Below are positions 53,840 through 64,000 of a stretch of 64,000 bases of DNA, in pieces (the stretch's first letter is position 1; each line of letters opens with the position of its first letter). The notes under the pieces are model-generated. The model saw only the letters and a list, made by a program, of their open reading frames with translations. It was not told the DNA's origin and searched no databases. This DNA is from Porphyridium purpureum (lineage: Eukaryota): the NCBI GenBank assembly GCA_008690995.1, contig VRMN01000001.1, positions 1,922,001 through 1,986,000 on the forward strand, read 5' to 3'. The position numbers were made by a program, and so were the translations under genes.

Positions 53840-54544
53840 GGCAATGTCCTTTCTTCCGGTTTGGCAAAAGATCAATCCCTTGACCAAGCCTTTCACCCGT
53901 GTCAAAAGAAACCCTTTCTCTTCCTCAGCTGCACGAGCACACTCACGCACGCACAGAGTAGCCAGTTTCCTCTCTTCGAGTTCACGCTTTTGTCTTCGCT
54001 TGCGGAGTGTGCCAACCTTCGCCCGCCTGCAAAGCCGCTACGCCTTGCTTTTATAGACACCGCAGACCAGTCCCGTGTCCGCCTGCCCGTTGATTTCGGT
54101 GACGATCGAATTGAGCTTTGTTCTACTGTCTTTTTTATTATCTTTTTGCCTGGTATATCTAGTAGAAATTTTGTGGCAAGCGCAGTCACACCACCCAAAG
54201 AGAGGAGATTCCTTATTTTTCGAAGGTTTCGGAAGGAAGCTCCGCACGCGTTTCGCTCATTAATTTTGATACTTTCTCGAACTAAAGCAGGGCACTGATT
54301 TCGTTCTTATGGTCGTCGTTTTGTCGTCGACCGAGACGCGCCGCAGCAACGCACAGACAGCAAGGCTCCACACAACGTGCGCAAACACCACCAAAGTCGA
54401 AGAAGGAATAAAAGTGAAAAACGCCGAAAACGTGCGTAGCCCATAGAGCTGCGTGTGTGCGTGTGAGAATTGGACGCGTTGCTTGTCGTTTTGTCGTCTG
54501 TTGTGTGTTTTCTACTCGCGCTCATCGTGACAACAGTGTCAGAG

Positions 54545-54598
54545 GTACAGTGAGTTTACATTTCGATGAAAGTACAGTGATGGAGATGGGGTACAGTG
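54545..54598 (+). promoter_or_regulatory. Triple GTACAGTG cluster in a divergent promoter
   Basis: Exact 8-mer at 54545, 54572 and 54591, about 130-185 nt upstream of the UBX ATG. Confidence 0.5.
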
Positions 54599-54729
54599 GG
54601 CTGAACCTGGAGTGTGAGTGAACGCGGGGCGCGCACGAGTGGGTGAGGGGGGTTGGAGGCGTGGTGGGTCGATGTCCGGTGCGTGCGGTATAGTGAAAGA
54701 GCCATCGACGACGACAATCGGTTGCGCGC

Positions 54730-56100
54730 ATGGCTGACGCGGTACCTGCGACGCTCGTGGCGGAGCGCGCCGAGAAGCTCGACACGTTTCTGGCTGTGAC
54801 GGACTCCACGTCCCGCCCGGACGCGCAGCTCCGGCTCGAGGCGCACGGATGGGATCTGAACGCGGCCGTCGACGCGTTCCTGTCCGGCGCGCCGCCTCCT
54901 GATGCAAGCGTGCCCGCTGAGCTCGTGCAGCAGGCACACGCGCCTGCCCAAGGAACCGCACAGTCTGGCGCCGCGCACGCGTCGAGCGCCGCGAACACAG
55001 CGACGGGAAATGGCGCGCTTGCGCCGCCGCGTCAACCGCAGCAAGGATGGCAGGGCATCCTGAGATTTCTGTGCTTACCGTTCCGCATGGCGTTTTCTTT
55101 TGTGTCTTTTCTCACCAGTAAGCTGCTCGAGTTGATGGGCGTGCAGCCTCTCCTCACGGCATCGCCAGAAGGCCGCAATGCCGCGCAGGATTTTGCGATC
55201 AAGTTTGAGGCCTCGTTTGGAAACACGCACGCCCGCTTCACGCGCACGTCGCTAGTCCAGGCATTGCGCACTGCGGGGCGAGAATACAAGTTTGCGCTGG
55301 TGTACATTCACGACGAGAATCGGGAAGCGTGTAACTCATTCTGCCGCTCGGTCCTGCAGGATGGCCAAGTGATTCGTTTCATAGACGAGGCCTTTATATT
55401 CTGGGCGGCGTCAACGCGCTTTGCAGAAACTGTACAGGCGCGCTCAGAGTTTCGATTGACACACTTGCCCGCGCTTGCGATCGTCGAAGGGCACCCAACG
55501 CGGCCCCCAGGCCGGGTGATTGCCATGAAACAGGCAAATGCCTTTGGCGGACCCATGGACGCAGCTGGCGTGTTCCAATGGATGCAGCGTGTGCAAGAGC
55601 GATACGGCGTATCCCTGATCTCTGCGCGGATACAGCAGGAGGAGCGCGAAACCAACAGACTGCTTCGGCAACAGCAAGACGAGGAGTTTCAACGCGCTTT
55701 GGAAGAAGATCGCCTGAAAGAACAACGCAAGCGTCAGGAAGAGGAGCGCGTAGCGCGCGAAGTGCGCGAGGCGGAGCAAAAGGAGCGCGAGACGCGAGAG
55801 CGACGCGCGCGAAAGCAGGAATTGCTCGGTGAGGAACCGCCCGCACAGGGCGCGGTGACCGCGAGCGTAGTACTGCGCATGCCAGACGGTTCCCGCAACA
55901 CGCGCAGGTTCCTCAGAGATACGAAATTAGAGATGCTCTTTGACTGGGCAGATACCTTGGGCGTTGAGATCGGCCAGGCCCTCCTTGTGAGTAGCTACCC
56001 ACGCAGGGCGTTCAAGTATCCGGAGGATAAGGACATGTCCATTGCGGAAGCCGGTCTCACGCCGAGTGCCATGCTTCTCATCGAAGAAAGGGTCGACTAG
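54730..56100 (+). CDS. UBA-UAS-UBX p97/Cdc48 adaptor (FAF2/PUX10-like)
   Basis: UBA-like HGWDLNAAV, UAS (FALVYIH, FCRSVL, FIFWA), coiled coil LLRQQQDEEF, and UBX (LRMPDGSR..RRF, SYPRR, GLTPSAML). Confidence 0.88.
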   Translation: MADAVPATLVAERAEKLDTFLAVTDSTSRPDAQLRLEAHGWDLNAAVDAFLSGAPPPDASVPAELVQQAHAPAQGTAQSGAAHASSAANTATGNGALAPPRQPQQGWQGILRFLCLPFRMAFSFVSFLTSKLLELMGVQPLLTASPEGRNAAQDFAIKFEASFGNTHARFTRTSLVQALRTAGREYKFALVYIHDENREACNSFCRSVLQDGQVIRFIDEAFIFWAASTRFAETVQARSEFRLTHLPALAIVEGHPTRPPGRVIAMKQANAFGGPMDAAGVFQWMQRVQERYGVSLISARIQQEERETNRLLRQQQDEEFQRALEEDRLKEQRKRQEEERVAREVREAEQKERETRERRARKQELLGEEPPAQGAVTASVVLRMPDGSRNTRRFLRDTKLEMLFDWADTLGVEIGQALLVSSYPRRAFKYPEDKDMSIAEAGLTPSAMLLIEERVD

Positions 56101-56233
56101 TCCATGTTTGTTTCTTTCCTCTTGCCTACCAGGTTTTGGACCCTGCCCCGCACTCAGACACGCTCACCCACATCAATTAAAGCAAGGTGACGAAAGAGAA
56201 CTTGGGCGTCGTGGAGGGAAAGCCCGTAGGTTC

Positions 56234-56788
56234 ATGGCCAACGCGTCGGCGAAGAACCGGCTACGCGCCAACCGCTTACGGCTGAGGCAGTTGCTGATTT
56301 TGACTTGTGTTGTGAATGTCGTGTATGCGCTGGGTCGGTGCGTGTCGGTGTCGGTGAGGCCCGCCGTTGTGCGCCTTGTCGCCCCGGACCGCGGCGCGTG
56401 GTTGGTGTGGCTCATCACCGACGGAATCCTGCTGACCCCTATGGCACTGTTGGCGCTGTGGACGAAGCCCTCGTATTCTTCGACGCCACCGCACGACCTT
56501 CTTGATGCCGGCATGGATATAACGGACTCGGCCAACTGGCTCGCAGAATACATGCACGATGTGATTTACGTGGCGGCGCTATCACTTGGCGTGTCCGCAT
56601 TTTGGCGGTACGGATGGACGCTTCTCACACTGCTTCCGATCGGCGCTGCTGTGCTTGCATACACTGCATCGCAGAAGGGGAACGAAAGCACCAATGCGAT
56701 GGCGACGGCGATGGAGACCCAAAATACGTCCAATATGTCTCGTAAGGAGCGGCGCCTGGAGGCACGCCAAGCTCGAAAACAAAACTAG
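56234..56788 (+). CDS. TMEM208/SND2 family membrane protein
   Basis: MANASAK N-terminus, LLDAGMDI, EYMHDVIYV, TM segments and basic tail SRKERRLEAR. Confidence 0.8.
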   Translation: MANASAKNRLRANRLRLRQLLILTCVVNVVYALGRCVSVSVRPAVVRLVAPDRGAWLVWLITDGILLTPMALLALWTKPSYSSTPPHDLLDAGMDITDSANWLAEYMHDVIYVAALSLGVSAFWRYGWTLLTLLPIGAAVLAYTASQKGNESTNAMATAMETQNTSNMSRKERRLEARQARKQN

Positions 56789-56845
56789 CTAAATCGTATA
56801 CTCTGTAAACCATCTCTCTAAAGAAGGCGAAACGACCCCGGTCGG

Positions 56846-57832
56846 TCAGAACCCAAACAGGAATGCTGACAACGCGGCTGCGGTGACGGGCACATTAATA
56901 TTATCGTCTCCAATGGGCAGCAGCTCAACAAGGCTGCAAGCAATGGAAATGAAGAGTAGACACCATAGAGTTTCGGTATCGTAAAGATTGAGATTCCCAA
57001 AGTAGGTGAGAAAGACCAGACTGGAGGAGAATGCACCAACAACAAAGCCGGCACTTCCCGCCACACTTTTCGTCTTGCTCCACCACCACTTGGTGGTACC
57101 AAAGCGCTTCCCTACAACCTCAGCAAACCCATCACCGAAGCACATCTGACACACCAAGATCGCGGAAACCGGCGAGTCCCTCCAGAACACGAGCGTGGTG
57201 AGTACGATCACCACAATATAGTACAATGGGCCGCGCAGAGCCTCTGCTGGTGCACCACTGCGCGAAACACTTGTTGCAATTGTATCCTTAGAGTTAGGAA
57301 TCAGCTGCTTGCCGGCGACAAACACGCGCACGGCGGTAAAGAAAGGAAGCAGCGCCGCAAACACTCGCGCCGATGGATGCGCACTGAAGAGCGGCCATAG
57401 CAAGAGAAAGGCCGGTGCCGTGGTAATATGAATCACCTTGCGCACCACTTGCGAGCTAAGAATTTCTTGCTCGCGAGCCTGTTGCCACAAGAATAACCAG
57501 AGAAATGACAAAACCACGCAGATCACGAGCCCGGCGAGATCATTCAGGAACATATTGCTCTGCACCAGCATTCCGGCCGCGCCATCCAAATCTGTGCCGC
57601 TCATCCTGACTCCATGAAAATCCTTGATTCTAGTCACCCTCTGCTCTCCCATCAGCACGCGCCTCGGCGCGCCTAGCAGTCGTGGCAATTGCCGAACCCC
57701 CGGCTCACTCGCTAGCTCCCGCCGCCGGATCTCCGCGCGAGGTTGGTCCACATACGAGCGGCGGAGCAAAATTCCAGCCGGGCAAGCAAACGCGAAGAAG
57801 CATGCGCCTCCGCGGACTGAGCCCTGCGTCAT
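56846..57832 (-). CDS. Phytol/farnesol kinase (VTE5/FOLK family), plastid-targeted
   Basis: RKVIHI, LWPLFS, GPLYY, GDGFAEVVGKRFG, KSVAGS and DDNINVP. Confidence 0.88.
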   Translation of the reverse strand: MTQGSVRGGACFFAFACPAGILLRRSYVDQPRAEIRRRELASEPGVRQLPRLLGAPRRVLMGEQRVTRIKDFHGVRMSGTDLDGAAGMLVQSNMFLNDLAGLVICVVLSFLWLFLWQQAREQEILSSQVVRKVIHITTAPAFLLLWPLFSAHPSARVFAALLPFFTAVRVFVAGKQLIPNSKDTIATSVSRSGAPAEALRGPLYYIVVIVLTTLVFWRDSPVSAILVCQMCFGDGFAEVVGKRFGTTKWWWSKTKSVAGSAGFVVGAFSSSLVFLTYFGNLNLYDTETLWCLLFISIACSLVELLPIGDDNINVPVTAAALSAFLFGF

Positions 57833-58002
57833 TGCGCGACTAAGCTAGCGCTGCGTGGTGTTGCCGATCGAATGTTGCCTGTGGATAGCTGTGAAACGAC
57901 GCCAGGCAGCTTCGGACACGGAGCGGGAGAAAGCGAGCGACCGAGCGACCGAGCGACCGACCGACGGAACACATGTGAGACTATCAGGCGCTGTTGCTCA
58001 CC

Positions 58003-61000
58003 ATGGACGTGCAGACGGTGCGCATGGTATGCGAGTACGCGGCGCTACAAGGACAAGACGGGTGCGAGGCTGTGCGCGCAGTCCGCGCGGTCATTTGCCG
58101 AGATGACGCTTGTGTCCAGGTGGATGAACTGGACATTCAGCTGGCCACGCAGCAGGTCTTGGAAACATTGGAAGAGCGTTGTGGTCTGAATTCCCCCTGC
58201 ATAGCGGAGGTTGTGCGGAATGTGGGTTCTCGAAACGGAGAGTCGAGCACCGATGAGGATATCCGCATTGTGCCGCGCCCCGAGTTCCGAGACCTCGTGC
58301 TTGGTTGGACGGCTCACGTGCACATGAGTCGCAACGAACAGAGCGAAAGGATAATGGACGCCGTCGCAAAGGCCGGGCGCGCAGGCGTGTCACAGACCGA
58401 GCTGATTGATGTTGCAAACCGCCTCCCGGCGGTGGAGGTGAGCCGGCTCACATGGATGCTTGCAGAGCAAAACATGATTTCGCGCTTCTCGCCGAAACGA
58501 ATTGTTCGTGCAGGCGTGCGGAACGGGAAACAAAAAACGCATCACAAGACTCCAGGTCTTTTCCCAGGACTAGTCACCAACTCGTGGCGTTTGCCGCGCT
58601 TCGAGCCTTCCGAGGCACAGCGCCTTTCGATTTCCAATGTTCGCGCTGAGTATCATGTTGAAAAGTCCTTGCTAGGGACGACATCGTCCAAAGCTTCCCA
58701 TAAGGACCATGCGTACTTTGTCCTTGACGAATTTTTGATTTTTGAACACTTGAATCGCACTTTGCTTGCCAAGTCGTATAGAACACCTGGTCCAGTTTGC
58801 ATGTCTAAGCAGGAGTTTTTGGAGACCTACTTTCCTGAGCCAGCATCAGGGACGGCACATAAGGCCACGGGCTTTAATGCTGACTTCCAGGGGTTTGGGG
58901 AAGATTGTGACTGGCTATTTATGCACTTGGTCTGTCGGTATCGGGAGAGAAAGGCAGCTCTATCGGCACCGCCGCACCGACTGCGCATCGCACTGCACCC
59001 AGATTCGATTTTTGACCAGCTTCCATTGATTCATTTCTCGGAGCTCCAAAGTCTGCACTTTGTTTTGGAAGCCGACTCCTCACCCCCGTCTGGTATGGGC
59101 ACTTTTGGCCCCGGACAAGACGTCTCAACGCCCACGCAGGTCTCTGATGACTTTAGCCCGTCAAACCAGCATCGTAGTGCATCATCTGGAGCAGGGACGA
59201 CGTCGTCGGGTCTAGTACTCGGATGGTGCACATCATTTGAGCAGCAAGTGTATGAATGTATTAAGCGCGCACCGGCAGGAGGTATTCTGGCCAGAGAGAT
59301 CGTTGCGCAACTTAACGCACCGGGTGCCACGCTCGTACGTGTACAACATGTGCTCAAGCTCCTGGAAAAGTATGAGTTGGACGTGGCTATCCACAAAGTA
59401 CCGGTACGCGATGACAAGGTTCGTGCGTATCGCTACTTGATGCGAGTTCAAACTGATCCTACCAGTGTTCTTGGCACCACTAGCGTCTCTGGTATTCGTG
59501 AGTGCGCTCGTACTCCAAATCATCCTGTGTATCAGGATCCATCGCAGGATCAAGAGCACGTAGATGCAGCCGCTGCCTTGGAGTCCCTTATTTCTCCCGT
59601 CGCAGAGAAATTTTATCGTTGTGGCTCAAAGGAAACTACCCAGTCCGTTGAGTTATCCTCAAAGTTTATGGAATACTTTCAGCAGCACCGTATTGTGGGT
59701 CGGAAAGATGCTAATCGCGTCCTCTCGGCTTATGTCGGCCGAAAGGAACGCATTGATTCAAAATACCTGACACGCTTGCTGTGCAATCTGGAGAAGGATC
59801 ACAAAATTAAGAGTGCAGTGCACCAAGACACATTCTCTGGTAAGGAAGCGTCGTTTTACATGCTTGCGGAAGTGGATGAGAACAGTGACGAGTTTCTACA
59901 GTTCGCGATGAAGAGCATGTCCGAAAAGCGTCATTTGCAAATGAGCACGCGTTGCTCCCTGGTACTGAACAGAAATGAAGATATTAGAATGATTGAGCAT
60001 GAAAGTGGCAGCGACACGAGCGACACGGAAGAGTCATTGGCGCATGCACTGGGGCTTATCCGTGGCGTTTATGCCAGAGCGAAGGCACTGCATGGCTTTT
60101 TGTGCGAGAGCTTTTCATGCAGCGGTCATTCCACGCTTGCCGCCTTCTTGAGCCCGCAGGCTACTTTCTCGTTTTCTCGTCTTGCCAGGCTAATGAGCAT
60201 TCGCCAGTTCTTTGAAATTGTAGGGTACTATGGCCCGCTTGAGAAAGTTTGTGCCTTGGGATCCATTGACAAGCCGATGTCCCAGCGAATGGCTCCCCTG
60301 CAACGGGCTATGAAGACGCCTGAAGCACAACGCAACATTTCGCAGCTGGCTGAGATCCTTTGCGCTTTTGGAATTCTGGAGCGATGCGGAGGCGGCACAC
60401 GCCAGAACGCGATTGAAATTCTCCCAAGCACACGGGGCAGACGAAAGTTTGATGACAGTGTTGAATATGTCTACACGTTTAAAGCACACCTAAAGCGGGG
60501 TGAGAATGGCTTTGCGCGCGATACGGTGGACAATGCCACGGATCGCTCAGATCACATAGCTATTTGGGAATGGCCACAGGCGCCGCAGACATCAGCACCT
60601 GGAAGCGTTGCTGAAGCCGTCAAACAGGAATGCAAATCAGAAGCACTGACTCGCGTCGAAGCATTCTGGGAAGCCGTACGGAGCATGGACGATAGTGACA
60701 GGAGCACTGAACTTTTTTCGTCTTTCCCCAGTCGGTGGCATTTGTCAGCATGGGCTGAAAAACTCGACCCATATGAAGAAGATCCGCTTCCGCAGACGGT
60801 CAGGGACGACATTGAAACAGCGTTCGACTCACATGTAGCCAGTTTTGAAGAGTCATCGTCGCTTTCCCGACAGCTGGCCCAGTCATCGGCACCATCGTTT
60901 GGTGTCACACTCCCTATCCTCCCGCTGGACACTGTCAAGACCATTGCTTCAGTAATCAAGAATGAAGAAAGCGCGTGGAGTATGCCCAGAATCTTACAGT

Positions 61001-62814
61001 ATTATCTTTTTCGTGTGGAAAACACAACGATTTCCGCAGTGTACCGACTTGTGCACGCCAACCCAAGGTCCAAGACACTGGCTGCATTCCTGCAAGACTG
61101 TGCATGCCTTCTGGTTGAGGGCCAGAGGCGGTTGCGGGAAGATCGGCACGAAGATGAAGGCGAGTCGAAGAGTCGCACGATTCTTACTTGGCTCAGCGTC
61201 GCGAAGAAATACAATATTTCAGAGCGGGCTGCTCGTCGCAACCTGAAACGCATCGTGGCACAACATAGGTCCGTGGCGAAACTTGTGAAGGAATTCATTG
61301 ACGAAGTGCTCCTTGCAGGACCAAATATCAAGCGGGAGGAAGCTCTTCTTCTTGAGATTTTGGATATTGAAGCCGCCGTATCCTCGTCGGGCGGGAAGCC
61401 GTCCATCGTGTCCCCAGTTGCACCGAGTGAATCAGTGCGCAAGTCATCATCGGTACTAAAGCAGCAGGAACAGGCAAAATCGATTCGACAGCAAAAGTGC
61501 GGATCCGAAAGCGACGCGCGGGATTCGCTGGAACTCAAAAATTCCGATTCAGTGAAGCAGGGGCGCAGAGGATCGAAGAGAGCGAAACTTATGGGTCAGC
61601 ATACATCTTGTGCACTCAAATCATCACCTCTGCGTGCAGATGGAGTCGTTAGAGACACACCGGCAAGAGAACGATCAGTTCCTGACCCTCCTGGATCCCA
61701 GCAGGCAGCTTTGATTGAAATTTCAGACACTTTGGCTTGCACGGATTTCGATGACTGCACAAGGACTCTCCCTACCGATCGGAAAGCGGCTGCTTCAGTG
61801 CGCCTAGATATTGTAGAGGAGTGTATTCGTGCACTCGCATTATCTGGAGAAAACCCGCTCAGCAAGGAGGCGCGTCGATTTTTACGCGCGCTTCCACGGA
61901 CTGATGCCGACCGCGCATTGAAGCGACTGAAATTATGTGGTGTGCTGACAAACGAATCTTCGCTAGAGCCCGATGCGGAGTGTCTCACAATCGGTCCGCT
62001 GTCAGAGAAAACCATGAAGGAGCTGGGTATTGCGGGTGGCCTTGAATATGATTTACCGGATAACGTACTCGAAGTCAATGACGGGAACTTTTTCCCGACA
62101 TCGCTATTGCATGGGGCACTGGAAACAATTGCTACTTCGTCACTTTCAGAGAGGCTCGCGTGCTGGACTGCGGGAGGCTACAAATTCGCCGCACATGTCA
62201 CGTCAGAAGAGGACACTTTTCGTGTCCAGCGGGACATTCTCGAAGCAGGTCGGGCCCAAGTCCCAGTACCGATGGATACCGCTCAGGAGAGGGAAGCACT
62301 GAAGCTGATGACCCTAATTTCAGGTGCTGGGGCCGAAGGTTTGGTGTTGCCAGTTCAACATCGTGCGGTTCTAGTACATCTGGAAGCTAGGGGGCTCATA
62401 GCGGTGGCTTCAAAGCCGAACCTGAAATGTTCATCGGTTGAGATAGAGCAGAACCTTTTTGTTATTGACTCTGAGCATGCGTCGCGTTTCTTTGTAAGTA
62501 GGAGCTTTGGAGGTGTAGCTCCAACGTGGGTTTTGCCAGCGCCTTGGAGATTACCTTTCGACTCGATGGACAATTGCACCACTTTCAATAAGTATTTGAA
62601 ACTTTTGGCCCTGCAGATGAAAGGAGTCAGGGTAAGGATATCTTGCGAGGAGCTTGGGAATTTTCTCGAGAGCCAATTCGCTCTCTCTCCGCGCATGTGT
62701 GAGGAGTTGATTGGATATTTTGTCCAGAGTCAAAGAAAGGAGCATGGCGCGAGCGCAATAGAGCCTAAGTGCATGCTTGCCGGTGGGTTATGGCATTCGG
62801 CATTTGTCACCTAG
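58003..62814 (+). CDS. Large hypothetical protein, possibly the TFIIIC B-box-binding subunit (GTF3C1/Tfc3-like)
   Basis: ~1600 aa; winged-helix-like blocks (IMDAVAKAGRAGVSQTEL, QVYECIKRAPAGGILAREI, IDSKYLTRLLCNLEK, MTLISGAGAEGL). The family call is from recall only. Confidence 0.55.
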   Translation: MDVQTVRMVCEYAALQGQDGCEAVRAVRAVICRDDACVQVDELDIQLATQQVLETLEERCGLNSPCIAEVVRNVGSRNGESSTDEDIRIVPRPEFRDLVLGWTAHVHMSRNEQSERIMDAVAKAGRAGVSQTELIDVANRLPAVEVSRLTWMLAEQNMISRFSPKRIVRAGVRNGKQKTHHKTPGLFPGLVTNSWRLPRFEPSEAQRLSISNVRAEYHVEKSLLGTTSSKASHKDHAYFVLDEFLIFEHLNRTLLAKSYRTPGPVCMSKQEFLETYFPEPASGTAHKATGFNADFQGFGEDCDWLFMHLVCRYRERKAALSAPPHRLRIALHPDSIFDQLPLIHFSELQSLHFVLEADSSPPSGMGTFGPGQDVSTPTQVSDDFSPSNQHRSASSGAGTTSSGLVLGWCTSFEQQVYECIKRAPAGGILAREIVAQLNAPGATLVRVQHVLKLLEKYELDVAIHKVPVRDDKVRAYRYLMRVQTDPTSVLGTTSVSGIRECARTPNHPVYQDPSQDQEHVDAAAALESLISPVAEKFYRCGSKETTQSVELSSKFMEYFQQHRIVGRKDANRVLSAYVGRKERIDSKYLTRLLCNLEKDHKIKSAVHQDTFSGKEASFYMLAEVDENSDEFLQFAMKSMSEKRHLQMSTRCSLVLNRNEDIRMIEHESGSDTSDTEESLAHALGLIRGVYARAKALHGFLCESFSCSGHSTLAAFLSPQATFSFSRLARLMSIRQFFEIVGYYGPLEKVCALGSIDKPMSQRMAPLQRAMKTPEAQRNISQLAEILCAFGILERCGGGTRQNAIEILPSTRGRRKFDDSVEYVYTFKAHLKRGENGFARDTVDNATDRSDHIAIWEWPQAPQTSAPGSVAEAVKQECKSEALTRVEAFWEAVRSMDDSDRSTELFSSFPSRWHLSAWAEKLDPYEEDPLPQTVRDDIETAFDSHVASFEESSSLSRQLAQSSAPSFGVTLPILPLDTVKTIASVIKNEESAWSMPRILQYYLFRVENTTISAVYRLVHANPRSKTLAAFLQDCACLLVEGQRRLREDRHEDEGESKSRTILTWLSVAKKYNISERAARRNLKRIVAQHRSVAKLVKEFIDEVLLAGPNIKREEALLLEILDIEAAVSSSGGKPSIVSPVAPSESVRKSSSVLKQQEQAKSIRQQKCGSESDARDSLELKNSDSVKQGRRGSKRAKLMGQHTSCALKSSPLRADGVVRDTPARERSVPDPPGSQQAALIEISDTLACTDFDDCTRTLPTDRKAAASVRLDIVEECIRALALSGENPLSKEARRFLRALPRTDADRALKRLKLCGVLTNESSLEPDAECLTIGPLSEKTMKELGIAGGLEYDLPDNVLEVNDGNFFPTSLLHGALETIATSSLSERLACWTAGGYKFAAHVTSEEDTFRVQRDILEAGRAQVPVPMDTAQEREALKLMTLISGAGAEGLVLPVQHRAVLVHLEARGLIAVASKPNLKCSSVEIEQNLFVIDSEHASRFFVSRSFGGVAPTWVLPAPWRLPFDSMDNCTTFNKYLKLLALQMKGVRVRISCEELGNFLESQFALSPRMCEELIGYFVQSQRKEHGASAIEPKCMLAGGLWHSAFVT

Positions 62815-62828
62815 CACATGCAATCGAC

Positions 62829-63713
62829 CTACGTAGGAAAGAAGATAGACTTGGAGGCGTCTGCAAAGTCATGCAAACTCCATGCGCCATGAATCGCACC
62901 ACCAGTCGGATCCTTGCCGGTACATACCCGGGAAGCCTGATGTGCGTCTCGTAGATGGGCCAACTCACACTGACAAAATTGGTCGCCAATAATCACACCT
63001 TTCACGCCCAATTGCTGAGCCGCTCTCACGTTTCGAACGCTGTCATCTAGAAAGAGGCACTGCGCAAAGGTACCAGCACGTGACAGAGCCAGCGCCCGCT
63101 GGAAGGCAATCGGCTCGGGCTTGTTCGCGAACTGCATGGCCTCGACGTCAATCACACCAGTGAATGTCGACTCTGCCAAATGTAATGCGCTCAGCACTGC
63201 GCGCACATGCGCTGCGTCTGCGTTCGTCAAAATCCACTTGTTCTTCAATGGGATGGCGGAGGAGACGACGTGCTCCAGCGCCGGATCCGGATGAATGAGT
63301 GAGGCATAAGGCAACGCAGCGTGAATCTCATCCCAGTACTTGTGTGCATCGACGTGATATTTTTCCTGTAAGCCGCGCAGCGTGGTTCCATACCGCAGAA
63401 AGAGCTCTTCACGCATCTTTTCGGCACGAAGGACGAGCTCCGGTGACACATTTCCACTGCCCGTCGTGTCCAGAATGTGACGAAGGATGTACTTGTCAAT
63501 ATTCACACGAACTTGCTCTGCCACTCCACACGAACGTGGGTACAACGTGTCATCCAAATCTAGCCACAAGGTGTCTAGCTCGTGACGCGTACCTGCGCAA
63601 AACACTCCTCTCTCTGATACCCAGTGAATGCCTTCGACTGCGGCGTCTTGAGTGCGCGCCTTCACCATCACCACATCCACACCGTTCGATTCGACAGCCT
63701 CTGGCGGATGCAT
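62829..63713 (-). CDS. HAD-superfamily pyrimidine 5'-nucleotidase (SDT1-like)
   Basis: DLDDTLYP, YGTTLRGL, LTNAD, KPEP and FLDDSVRNV. Confidence 0.88.
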   Translation of the reverse strand: MHPPEAVESNGVDVVMVKARTQDAAVEGIHWVSERGVFCAGTRHELDTLWLDLDDTLYPRSCGVAEQVRVNIDKYILRHILDTTGSGNVSPELVLRAEKMREELFLRYGTTLRGLQEKYHVDAHKYWDEIHAALPYASLIHPDPALEHVVSSAIPLKNKWILTNADAAHVRAVLSALHLAESTFTGVIDVEAMQFANKPEPIAFQRALALSRAGTFAQCLFLDDSVRNVRAAQQLGVKGVIIGDQFCQCELAHLRDAHQASRVCTGKDPTGGAIHGAWSLHDFADASKSIFFPT

Positions 63714-64000
63714 GGCGTTTCCGTTCCCTTTCTTCCTGCACTCAAGCGATATTCAGGACGACGCGTTTCAGACAGGGCCGGAGTCTGCAAAATGCGTGCG
63801 CACGTATCGGAGAATGCGAAAGGGACACGCGCAGCTGATTTACTTTCTCGTCCCGTTCAACCAAGACGTAAAGAGCTCATGTTTCAGAATTTTTCTTTAT
63901 CTTTTGGACTGCTGATTATGAGGACCAATCAAGCGCGGGCTCTCAGAAAGGGATTTGGGTAACCTGGCCTGTTTATTGGCGGCCGCGCCGCGGGCGATTC

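Noticed and set aside
1..64000. CRISPR arrays, rRNA, intact transposons, nitrite reductase
   Set aside because: None seen: no spaced direct repeats, no rRNA-like segments, no transposase motifs, and no NiR gene within this window.

Overview
Gene-dense, intron-poor, GC-rich eukaryotic nuclear DNA. It is most likely from a unicellular red alga (inference from a nucleus-encoded CpcT/CpeT bilin lyase, MAF-type plastid transit peptides, an eEF3 and compact genes). About 27 protein genes are supported. The dominant structure is a ~21.3 kb inverted duplication: two 5.3 kb arms (4318-9602 and 20383-25667; mirror coordinates always sum to 29985, so no net indel). Each arm carries a head-to-head nitrate reductase / NRT2 transporter pair. 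The arms flank a 10.8 kb spacer with Met-tRNA formyltransferase, eEF3 and a bacterial-type ATP-grasp + His-swivel phosphotransferase. By eye the arms have an identical 1.67 kb promoter-centred core, 3 aa differences in NR, 19 aa differences in NRT2 and strongly decayed 3'UTR homology, which suggests an old duplication under gene conversion. Other candidates: a family of small proteins with CxxC-x16-LxxIPE[VI]D-acidic (a PP2A-B56 docking motif; two intact copies and one frameshifted copy), a PRMT5 lacking the specificity Phe, a SERCA-type pump with an apparent plastid transit peptide, a twice-repeated Trp-rich orphan domain, and an intergenic GTACAGTG motif. All calls are from motif recognition by eye; no searches were run.
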